Origin: an uncultured Eubacteriales bacterium
GTDB lineage: Bacteria; Bacillota; Clostridia; Oscillospirales; Acutalibacteraceae
Assembly (NCBI GenBank): GCA_964527585.1
Contig: CAZGPE010000003.1
Span: 26,723-90,722 of the forward strand
Length of the DNA: 64,000 bases
Direction: 5' to 3'
Notes under the pieces: generated by a model
What the model was told of the DNA's origin: nothing
What the model saw: only the letters and a program-made list of their open reading frames with translations
Database searches by the model: none
Shown: in pieces, positions 19,701-27,889 of the stretch
Layout: the number at the start of each line of letters is the position of its first letter
How positions within the stretch are numbered: position 1 is the stretch's first letter
Program-made: the position numbers and the translations under genes

Positions 19701-20977
19701 AGAAAAAATTAAATGCGGAACTTTGGGATAAAATGCATTATCTTTTCCGTGATTTCAATGACCGAATGGTTCATGTCGAATTGCATTATGATTTTGAAAT
19801 AGATATTGAAGTGCTTAAAACCGTTCTTATTTGTTTCCTTGAAAAAGCACCGGTTCTTCACTCTTCGTTTGTCGATAACAAGGTTAAACCTTACTGGAAA
19901 ATCAACGATTACGATATAGACGAAGTGCTTCATGTTTCCCGTCCCGAAAATCTTGATGAAGCAATAAACGATTTTCTCACTCAGTATATTCCGCCGGAAA
20001 ATAAACTTCAAATTCAGGTTGCGGTATTTTTCAGCGAAGGCAAATCAGTGCTTTGTATAGTCGAAAACCATATGTGTATGGACGGCGGAGACTTTAAGTA
20101 TTTTATGAAAGCGCTTTGTAAGAACTATAACGATTATCTCGAAAACAAGATAAGTCCGATTGATTTGAAGTCGGGTTCCCGTTCTTTTGAGGAAGTTTAC
20201 AGCGATTTTTCAAGTACCGAAAAGAAAATGGCTGAAAATCTTTATAAAAATGTTTGCGCAAAAGATGACCACAAATTCCCTCTTACTCCCGACAGTATCA
20301 GGGACCGCTCTTTTATCGCCCGCAGGAAATTCGACAAAGAAAAGTTTTCCCGCTTAAGAGCATCTGGTAAAAATCTCGGCGCTACGGTTAACGATATGCT
20401 TGTTGCCGCTTATTTTTACAGCCTTTACGAGCTTGCCGGATTTAAGCGTGATGAAAGCGTTACGATTTCGTGTGCGATTGACTTGCGCCGTCATATGAAA
20501 GATACAAGCGAAACCGGAATCACAAATCAAACCGCATTTATGCAGTGTAATATCAGCGAGTTGGGAGAAGACATATTCCAAACTCTCGAATATACCAAAC
20601 AAAGTGTCAGCAAGTTCAAAAACGATAAGTTTATGGGACTTTACGGCTTACCTCTTTTGAAACTCGGATACAGCATAATGCCGCAAATGGCTTCCGAAGA
20701 AGTTATCAAAGTCGGATATTCAAATCCGCTTATCGCAATGAGTAATATAGGTGTTCTTGAGACGGATAAACTTTCTTTGGACGGTCATCCGCCGATCGAC
20801 GGATTTATGACGGGCGCTGTTAAATATAAGCCTTATGTACTTTTGTCCGCAACATCTATCAATTCGGAACTTACACTTTCGATGTGTGTTCGTGGTAACG
20901 AAGAAGATGAAAAGACAGTCGAAAGATTTTTCGACCTTATGGAAGAAAATATCGAAACTCTTTCATCGAAAGCATAA
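19697..20977 (+). CDS. Stand-alone condensation-domain-like (HxxxD) acyltransferase
   Basis: 426-aa soluble protein with NHMCMDGGD (codons around 20069..20092). This is the HHxxxDG-type catalytic motif of NRPS C-domains, PapA5, WS/DGAT and alcohol acetyltransferases. It is translationally coupled to the preceding membrane protein. Confidence 0.7.
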   Translation: MKKKLNAELWDKMHYLFRDFNDRMVHVELHYDFEIDIEVLKTVLICFLEKAPVLHSSFVDNKVKPYWKINDYDIDEVLHVSRPENLDEAINDFLTQYIPPENKLQIQVAVFFSEGKSVLCIVENHMCMDGGDFKYFMKALCKNYNDYLENKISPIDLKSGSRSFEEVYSDFSSTEKKMAENLYKNVCAKDDHKFPLTPDSIRDRSFIARRKFDKEKFSRLRASGKNLGATVNDMLVAAYFYSLYELAGFKRDESVTISCAIDLRRHMKDTSETGITNQTAFMQCNISELGEDIFQTLEYTKQSVSKFKNDKFMGLYGLPLLKLGYSIMPQMASEEVIKVGYSNPLIAMSNIGVLETDKLSLDGHPPIDGFMTGAVKYKPYVLLSATSINSELTLSMCVRGNEEDEKTVERFFDLMEENIETLSSKA

Positions 20978-21066
20978 AATTATTAAACAGGCGACCGACA
21001 AGTGTTTTATTAAACGCTTTAAGTTGCCTGCTTTTTTATATTTTGTACTGTGAAGGGAACAGATTG

Positions 21067-21996
21067 ATGAATATACTTCATATCAGATATGCCGTTGAAG
21101 TTGCAAAATACGGTTCGATAAACAAAGCAAGTGAAAAACTCCTTATCGCCCAGCCGAATCTCAGCCGTTCGATAAAAGAACTCGAAGCGGAATTGGGAAT
21201 AACGATTTTTGACAGAAGTTCAAAAGGTATGGTTTTAACCGTTGAAGGCGAGCGTTTTATAGGATATGCGAAAAATATATTAAAACAAATCGACGATGTC
21301 GAAAAACTATATAAAGAAAATGCCGGTGTCGAACGCAAAAATTTTTCCGTTTCCGTTCCGAGAGCAACATATATTTCGGATGCTTTTGCCGCATTTTCGA
21401 AAATGATAGGCGATAAACCCGTAGATGTTTTTTACAAAGAGACAAATTCTTCGAGAACGATAACAAATGTTGTTTCCGATAATTATAAACTCGGTATTGT
21501 GCGTTATGCTCAGAATTACGAAAAGTATTTTACGGCTTTGTTTGAAGAGAAGAATTTGAAATACGAAGATATTTCGAATTTTAATTATGTTCTTGTTATG
21601 AGTAAAAACAGCCCTCTCGCTGATTGCGAAGAAATACATTTCGAAGATTTAAGACCGTTTATCGAACTCGGCCACGCAGACCCTTATGTTCCGTCGCTTT
21701 CGCTTGCGGAAGTTAAAAAAGAAGAACTTCCGGATGATGTGGAGAGACGAATATTCGTTTTTGAACGGGCGAGTCAGTTTACCGTGCTTTCGAAAAACGA
21801 AGAGACATTTATGTGGGTATCTCCGATGCCCGAAGAGATACTTTGCCGCTACGGTTTGGTTCAAAAAATTTGTCCGGACAATAAAAAAATATATAAAGAT
21901 GTTTTGATTTATCATAAAAACTATAAGTTAACGGATCTTGATAAAAAATTCATCTCTCAAGTTCATATTGCAAAAGAAAAGCACATTGTATTATAA
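21067..21996 (+). CDS. LysR-family transcriptional regulator
   Basis: MNILHIRYAVEVAKYGSINKASEKLLIAQPNLSRSIKELE is an LTTR HTH, followed by a substrate-binding-like C-terminal domain. The start was trimmed to the ATG at 21067. Confidence 0.9.
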   Translation: MNILHIRYAVEVAKYGSINKASEKLLIAQPNLSRSIKELEAELGITIFDRSSKGMVLTVEGERFIGYAKNILKQIDDVEKLYKENAGVERKNFSVSVPRATYISDAFAAFSKMIGDKPVDVFYKETNSSRTITNVVSDNYKLGIVRYAQNYEKYFTALFEEKNLKYEDISNFNYVLVMSKNSPLADCEEIHFEDLRPFIELGHADPYVPSLSLAEVKKEELPDDVERRIFVFERASQFTVLSKNEETFMWVSPMPEEILCRYGLVQKICPDNKKIYKDVLIYHKNYKLTDLDKKFISQVHIAKEKHIVL

Positions 21997-22043
21997 ACAC
22001 GGTGCCGTCAATAATAAAAAGGTGTGAAATAAGTAAAATACAC

Positions 22044-22067
22044 CGTTATATCAAAAATGATATAACG
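22044..22067. promoter_or_regulatory. Perfect palindrome CGTTATATCA-N4-TGATATAACG (candidate operator)
   Basis: 10-bp perfect inverted arms between the LysR gene and adhE. Confidence 0.5.
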
Positions 22068-22084
22068 ATATACTTATTTAATTA

Positions 22085-22113
22085 TTCACAGGGACTCAAT
22101 TCATTGTTAAAAT
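22085..22113 (+). promoter_or_regulatory. Putative adhE promoter
   Basis: TTCACA (22085..22090), a 17-nt spacer, then TAAAAT (22108..22113). The GGAGG RBS is at 22131. Confidence 0.5.
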
Positions 22114-22121
22114 ATTAACAA
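22104..22121. promoter_or_regulatory. Rex (redox-sensing repressor) operator, Clostridial type
   Basis: TTGTTAA-AATA-TTAACAA is an exact match to the TTGTTAANNNNTTAACAA Rex box. It overlaps the putative -10 of adhE. Confidence 0.7.
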
Positions 22122-22142
22122 TGAAATTTTGGAGGATTGACT

Positions 22143-24800
22143 ATGAGCACTAAAGAATACAAAATCGTAGACAGTGTTGAAGGACTCGAAGAGGCTATTG
22201 TCCGTGTAAGAGCGGCGCAAAAAGAGTATTCGACCTTTACACAGGAACAGGTTGATAAAATTTTCTTGGCAGCGGCTACCGCAGCTAACCAGCAGAGAAT
22301 TCCTCTTGCGAAGTTGGCTGTTGAAGAAACAGGTATGGGTGTTGTCGAAGATAAGGTTATCAAAAACCATTTTGCTTCCGAGTATATTTACAATGCATAT
22401 AAAAACACAAAAACCTGCGGTGTTATCGAAGAGGATAAGGCTTACGGAATGAAAAAAATCGCCGAGCCGATCGGTCTTGTTGCTGCGGTTATTCCCACAA
22501 CAAACCCCACATCTACCGCAATCTTTAAGACTCTTCTTGCTCTTAAGACAAGAAACGGTATTATTATCAGCCCTCATCCCAGAGCAAAAGGTTCAACAAT
22601 CGCAGCTGCAAAGGTTGTTCTTGAAGCGGCCGTAAAAGCAGGTGCACCGGAAGGAATTATTTCTTGGATTGATGTTCCGAGCCTTGAAATGACCAATATG
22701 ATTATGAAAGAGGCTGACATTATCCTTGCAACAGGCGGACCCGGAATGGTTAAAGCCGCTTATTCTTCGGGCAAGCCGGCTCTCGGTGTCGGTGCAGGTA
22801 ACACTCCCGCAATTATCGACGATACAGCGGATATTCTTCTTGCCGTAAACTCGATTATTCACTCAAAAACATTTGATAACGGTATGATTTGTGCTTCGGA
22901 GCAGTCTGTAATCGTACTTGATAAAGTATATAATGAAGTTAAGAAGGAATTTGCGGCAAGAGGATGTTATTTCCTTAATGCCGACGAAACCGAAAAAGTA
23001 AGAAAGACAATTCTTATCAACGGCGCTCTTAACGCTAAAATTGTCGGGCAGAAAGCGGCTACAATCGCAGAACTTGCAGGCGTTACCGTTCCTGCCGGAA
23101 CAAAAATTCTTATCGGTGAAGTTGAAAGCGTAGATCTTGCCGAAGAATTCGCACACGAAAAACTTTCTCCCGTTCTTGCTATGTATAGAGCAAAAGACAT
23201 TCAGGACGCTTTCTCTAAGGCAGAAACACTTGTTGCCGACGGCGGATACGGTCATACTTCGTCAATTTATCTTGACGAAATTACTCAGAAAGACAAATTG
23301 GAAGAATTCGCATCCCGTATGAAAACTTGCCGAATTCTTGTAAATACACCTTCTTCTCAGGGTGGTATCGGTGATTTGTATAACTTCAAACTCGCACCTT
23401 CGCTTACTCTCGGCTGCGGTTCTTGGGGCGGTAACTCCGTAAGCGAAAATGTCGGAGTTAAACATCTTATCAATATCAAGACTGTTGCAGAAAGAAGGGA
23501 AAATATGCTTTGGTTCAGAGCTCCTGAAAAAGTATATCTCAAAAAGGGTTGTTTGCCCGTTGCTCTTGACGAACTTAAAACCGTTATGGGCAAGAAAAAA
23601 GCATTTATCGTAACCGACAGCTTCCTTTATAATAACGGTTATACAAAACCGATTACCGATAAACTCGATGAAATGGGAATTCAGCATACAACTTTCTTCG
23701 AGGTTGCTCCCGATCCGACACTTGCTTGTGCTAAGAAGGGTGCCGAGCAAATGAAAGCATTCCAGCCGGATGTTATTATCGCACTCGGCGGCGGTTCCGC
23801 AATGGACGCAGGAAAAATTATGTGGGTTCTTTACGAGCATCCCGAAGCTGACTTTATGGATATGGCAATGCGCTTCCAGGATATCCGTAAGCGTATTTAC
23901 ACTTTCCCGCATATGGGCGATAAAGCATATTTCGTAGCGATCCCGACTTCAGCGGGTACCGGTTCGGAAGTTACTCCTTTTGCAGTAATCACCGACGAAG
24001 AGACAGGCGTTAAATATCCGCTTGCCGACTATGAACTTCTTCCCAAAATGGCTATTATCGACGCAGATTTCCATATGTCCGCACCTAAGGGACTTACTTC
24101 TGCATCAGGTATTGACGCTGTAACACACGCACTTGAGGCTTATGCTTCGATTATGGCAACCGATTATACAGACGGCCTTGCTCTTAAAGCTCTCAAGATT
24201 ATTTTCGAATATCTTCCCAGAGCATACGATAACGGTCCTAACGATCCCGAAGCCCGTGAAAAGATGGCTAATGCCGCAACAATGGCAGGTATGGCATTTG
24301 CCAACGCCTTCCTCGGTGTATGTCATTCAATGGCTCATAAACTCGGTGCGTTCCACCATATCCCTCACGGTGTTGCAAATGCACTTATGATTGATGAGGT
24401 TCTTCGTTTTAATGCTGCCGAAGCACCCACAAAGATGGGTACTTTCTCTCAGTACGATCATCCTCATACTCTTGCAAGATATGCTGAGGTTGCCGATTAT
24501 CTCGGAATTAAGGGCAAAAACGATTCCGAAAAACTCGAAAATCTCATTAAGGCAATTGACGAACTTAAAGAAAGAGTCGGCATTAAACCCACAATCAAAG
24601 ATTATGTTGCCGACGAAAAAGATTTCCTTGACCGTCTTGATGCTATGTGCGAGCAGGCGTTCGACGATCAGTGCACAGGTGCAAATCCGAGATATCCGTT
24701 GATCAGCGAAATTAAGCAGATGTATCTCAACGCATATTACGGAAAGACATTTGTCGAAACGGAAATGCCTGACGAGAAACAGTTAAAAAGCAAAAAATAA
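22143..24800 (+). CDS. adhE: Bifunctional acetaldehyde-CoA / alcohol dehydrogenase
   Basis: About 885 aa. The N-terminal ALDH domain has a catalytic Cys (GMICASEQS). The C-terminal iron-ADH domain has GGGSAMDAGK and the His cluster HSMAHKLGAFHHIPHG. Confidence 0.96.
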   Translation: MSTKEYKIVDSVEGLEEAIVRVRAAQKEYSTFTQEQVDKIFLAAATAANQQRIPLAKLAVEETGMGVVEDKVIKNHFASEYIYNAYKNTKTCGVIEEDKAYGMKKIAEPIGLVAAVIPTTNPTSTAIFKTLLALKTRNGIIISPHPRAKGSTIAAAKVVLEAAVKAGAPEGIISWIDVPSLEMTNMIMKEADIILATGGPGMVKAAYSSGKPALGVGAGNTPAIIDDTADILLAVNSIIHSKTFDNGMICASEQSVIVLDKVYNEVKKEFAARGCYFLNADETEKVRKTILINGALNAKIVGQKAATIAELAGVTVPAGTKILIGEVESVDLAEEFAHEKLSPVLAMYRAKDIQDAFSKAETLVADGGYGHTSSIYLDEITQKDKLEEFASRMKTCRILVNTPSSQGGIGDLYNFKLAPSLTLGCGSWGGNSVSENVGVKHLINIKTVAERRENMLWFRAPEKVYLKKGCLPVALDELKTVMGKKKAFIVTDSFLYNNGYTKPITDKLDEMGIQHTTFFEVAPDPTLACAKKGAEQMKAFQPDVIIALGGGSAMDAGKIMWVLYEHPEADFMDMAMRFQDIRKRIYTFPHMGDKAYFVAIPTSAGTGSEVTPFAVITDEETGVKYPLADYELLPKMAIIDADFHMSAPKGLTSASGIDAVTHALEAYASIMATDYTDGLALKALKIIFEYLPRAYDNGPNDPEAREKMANAATMAGMAFANAFLGVCHSMAHKLGAFHHIPHGVANALMIDEVLRFNAAEAPTKMGTFSQYDHPHTLARYAEVADYLGIKGKNDSEKLENLIKAIDELKERVGIKPTIKDYVADEKDFLDRLDAMCEQAFDDQCTGANPRYPLISEIKQMYLNAYYGKTFVETEMPDEKQLKSKK

Positions 24801-24826
24801 ACTTTGAATTTACGGAGGTTTGTTTT

Positions 24827-25576
24827 ATGAAATTAGATAATGTTATCGCAACAAGAAAAGCAAAAAAGGTTTACAGAGACGGGGATAAGTGCATAAAAGT
24901 CTTTGATAAGGATTATTCAAAGGCCGATGTTCTTAACGAAGCTCTTAACCAGGCAAGAATCGAAGAAACGGGACTTAATATTCCGAAAATCTTCGAGGTT
25001 ACGACAATTGACGGAAAATGGGCAATTGTTTCCGAGTTTATCGAAGGTGAAACTTTGGCTGAACTTATGGAAAAAAATCCCGATAAAAAAGATGAGTATC
25101 TCAATACGCTTGTTGATGTTCAACTTGAAATTCAGTCAAAGACCTGTCCTTTGCTTAATAAGTTAAAGGATAAAATGAACTCAAAAATATCTCAGGCTGA
25201 TCTTGATGCAACTACAAGATACGAACTTCATACCCGACTTGAAGGTATGCCCAAGCATAAAAAAGTATGCCACGGGGATCTTAATCCTTCAAATATTGTT
25301 GTTACGGAAAACGGCGAATGTTATGTAATCGACTGGTCTCACGCAACACAGGGTAACGCTTCTGCGGATGCGGCAAGAACTTATCTTCTTTTCTGCCTTA
25401 AAGGTGAAGAAGAAACCGCTAAAAAGTATCTTGATATTTTCTGCAAAAAGAGTGATACGGCAAAACAGTATGTTGAAAAATGGCTTCCCATCGTAGCGGC
25501 TTCTCAATCTGTTAAAGGCAACGAAGAAGAGCGTAAACTCTTACTCAGTTGGACCGATGTTGTTGAATACGAATAA
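24827..25576 (+). CDS. Protein-kinase-like fold phosphotransferase (APH/choline-kinase-like)
   Basis: 249 aa with GGAGG 8 nt upstream. It has the catalytic loop CHGDLNPSNIVV and the metal-binding IDWS motif. The N-lobe lysine context is CIKVF. Confidence 0.8.
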   Translation: MKLDNVIATRKAKKVYRDGDKCIKVFDKDYSKADVLNEALNQARIEETGLNIPKIFEVTTIDGKWAIVSEFIEGETLAELMEKNPDKKDEYLNTLVDVQLEIQSKTCPLLNKLKDKMNSKISQADLDATTRYELHTRLEGMPKHKKVCHGDLNPSNIVVTENGECYVIDWSHATQGNASADAARTYLLFCLKGEEETAKKYLDIFCKKSDTAKQYVEKWLPIVAASQSVKGNEEERKLLLSWTDVVEYE

Positions 25577-25606
25577 ACTTAACCTGTTGTTTAAGAAGGG
25601 ATAAAT

Positions 25607-27034
25607 TTGAGAAAATTCGATACGAAAGTTCAATATCTTAAATATAAGGTCTTGCGTGAAGTTGCCAAACAGGCTTGGAACGGCACTTTGCTTCAAAATC
25701 TTCTTGATATACCTATGATTGTCGTTCCCGGCGATGAGCCGACAATGAGATGCTGTGTATATAAAGAAAGAGCAATTTTGACAGAGCGTGTAAAACTCGC
25801 AATGGGAGGAAACAAAGAAAATCCCAATGTGATTGAAGTAATTGATATAGCTTGCGACGAGTGTCCCGCCGCAGGCTATGAGGTTACCGATTCCTGCCGA
25901 GGCTGTCTTGCACACCGATGCGAAGATGTTTGTAAAAAAGGTGCTATTTCTTTTGACCAGAACCATGTTGCGCATATTGATAAGTCAAAATGTGTAAACT
26001 GCGGACATTGTGCCAAGGTTTGCCCGTATTCTGCGATAGCGAACCGTAAAAGGCCGTGTCAAAACGCTTGTAAGGTTAAAGCAATTACAATCAACGAGAA
26101 AAATGCGGCTTCGATAAAAAACGAAAAATGTATATCGTGCGGAGCGTGTGTTTATCAGTGTCCGTTCGGTGCGATAAGCGATAAATCGTTTATTGTAAAT
26201 GTTGTCGAGATGCTTAAAGATAAGATAAGCGGAAAACATAAGGGTAATCTTTATGCGGTTGTCGCTCCTTCTGTCGCAAGTCAGTTTACTTATGCCAAAC
26301 TCGGTCAGGTTATAACCGGTATTAAATCACTCGGTTTTTCAAAAGTTATTGAAGCGGCTCTCGGTGCCGATATTGTCGCACAGTCCGAAGCTGCCGAACT
26401 TGCCGAAAAAGGCTTTTTGACGAGTTCCTGCTGTCCTGCATTTGTATCGTATATAAAATCGGCATATCCGGACCTTGTTCCTCTTATTTCACACAATCTT
26501 TCTCCTATGGCGGCGATTTCAAAATACATAAAAGAAAAAGAGCCTGATGCGAAAATTGTGTTTATCGGACCTTGTACTTCAAAAAAGAAAGAGTTTCAAC
26601 TCGATACTGTCAGAGAATATGTTGACAGCGTTTTGACTTTTGAGGAACTTCAGGCTTTACTTGACAGCCGTGAAATCGAAATAACCGAATTGGAAGAAAG
26701 CGTTCTTGATGACGCTTCGTATTTCGGAAGAATTTTTGCTCACAGCGGCGGACTTTCTCAGGCTGCGGCTGAGGCACTCAAAGAGCAGGGGAATACCGAT
26801 TTCGAACTCAAACCGATTGTTTGCGACGGAATTGAGCAATGTAAAATCGCTTTGCTGAAAAAAAGCAAAGGTGTACTTGATGCCAATTTTATCGAGGGTA
26901 TGGCTTGTGCCGGCGGTTGTATAAACGGAGCCGGATGCCTGACCCACGGCGATGAAAAAAACAAAATGCTTGTTGAAAAGTACGGCAAACAGGCAGGGGA
27001 TAAGACGATTTCGGATTCGGTTAACTCACTTTGA
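25607..27034 (+). CDS. Monomeric [FeFe]-hydrogenase-type protein with an N-terminal ferredoxin-like cluster domain
   Basis: H-cluster motifs are TSSCCP (L1), GPCTSKKKE (L2) and EGMACAGGCINGAG (L3). There are two Cx2Cx2Cx3CP motifs plus extra N-terminal cysteines. TTG start. Confidence 0.88.
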   Translation: MRKFDTKVQYLKYKVLREVAKQAWNGTLLQNLLDIPMIVVPGDEPTMRCCVYKERAILTERVKLAMGGNKENPNVIEVIDIACDECPAAGYEVTDSCRGCLAHRCEDVCKKGAISFDQNHVAHIDKSKCVNCGHCAKVCPYSAIANRKRPCQNACKVKAITINEKNAASIKNEKCISCGACVYQCPFGAISDKSFIVNVVEMLKDKISGKHKGNLYAVVAPSVASQFTYAKLGQVITGIKSLGFSKVIEAALGADIVAQSEAAELAEKGFLTSSCCPAFVSYIKSAYPDLVPLISHNLSPMAAISKYIKEKEPDAKIVFIGPCTSKKKEFQLDTVREYVDSVLTFEELQALLDSREIEITELEESVLDDASYFGRIFAHSGGLSQAAAEALKEQGNTDFELKPIVCDGIEQCKIALLKKSKGVLDANFIEGMACAGGCINGAGCLTHGDEKNKMLVEKYGKQAGDKTISDSVNSL

Positions 27035-27052
27035 TAAAACAAAGCATAAATA

Positions 27053-27084
27053 AAAGGTTCGGTATTTTTACCGAACCTTTTTTG
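27053..27084. terminator. Bidirectional terminator (hydrogenase operon / ABC operon)
   Basis: AAAGGTTCGGTA / TACCGAACCTTT perfect 12-bp stem with a TTTT loop and flanking A/T runs. Confidence 0.9.
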
Positions 27085-27094
27085 TTACCCGTTA

Positions 27095-27889
27095 TTATGC
27101 AAGCATCATTCTGTCGTTTGCGAATTCTCCGTTACTTGCTTTTGCAAACAAGTCAAGTAAATCCTGAACTTTAAGATTTTTCTTTTCTTCGCCTGAAACA
27201 TCATAAATGATTTTACCGTCATACATCATTATAAGTCTGTTGCCGAGTCTTATGGCATCTTTCATATTATGAGTTATCATAACGGTTGTAATATTGTTTT
27301 CCGTAACGATTTCATTGGTAATTTTAAGGACTTTTGCGGCGGTTGCCGGGTCCAAAGCTGCAGTGTGTTCATCAAGAAGTAAAAGTTTCGGATTCATCAA
27401 AGAAGCCATAAGAAGTGTTATTGCCTGCCTTTGACCGCCCGAAAGAAGACCGACTTTGGAAGTTAATCTGTCTTCAAGACCTAAATCAAGGCGTTTAAGA
27501 AGTTCACGGTAAACTTCTCTTTCTTTTTTTGTAACACCTTTTTTAAGCGTTCTGGCTTTGCCTCTTCTTGCGGCAATTGAAAGGTTTTCTTCAATTTGCA
27601 TATCGGCTGCAGTTCCGGTCATAGGGTCTTGGAAAACACGGCTCATATATTTAGCACGCTTATATTCGGGAAGTTTTGTTATGTCTTCTCCGTCGACTTT
27701 AATTGTTCCGCAGTCAACGGGATAAACTCCCGCAATCATATTGAAAAGAGTGGATTTTCCGGCACCGTTTCCGCCGATGACCGTAACAAAATCTCCTTCG
27801 TTGAGTGTTAAATCAATGCCTTTAAGGGCTTTCTTTTCATTTATGGTGTTAGGGTTGAATGTTTTGTATACGCCTTTAATTTCAAGCAT
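27095..27889 (-). CDS. ABC transporter ATP-binding protein
   Basis: Walker A GGNGAGKST, signature LSGGQRQ, Walker B LLLLDEHT. The start was trimmed to MLEIKGVYK (ATG ending at 27889), which has an AGGCAGGTG SD-like sequence. Confidence 0.93.
   Translation of the reverse strand: MLEIKGVYKTFNPNTINEKKALKGIDLTLNEGDFVTVIGGNGAGKSTLFNMIAGVYPVDCGTIKVDGEDITKLPEYKRAKYMSRVFQDPMTGTAADMQIEENLSIAARRGKARTLKKGVTKKEREVYRELLKRLDLGLEDRLTSKVGLLSGGQRQAITLLMASLMNPKLLLLDEHTAALDPATAAKVLKITNEIVTENNITTVMITHNMKDAIRLGNRLIMMYDGKIIYDVSGEEKKNLKVQDLLDLFAKASNGEFANDRMMLA

Noticed and set aside
22107-22577. 156-aa ORF antisense to the adhE 5' end
   Set aside because: It overlaps the adhE promoter, Rex box and conserved ALDH coding region. 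It is Cys/Arg-rich with no motif.
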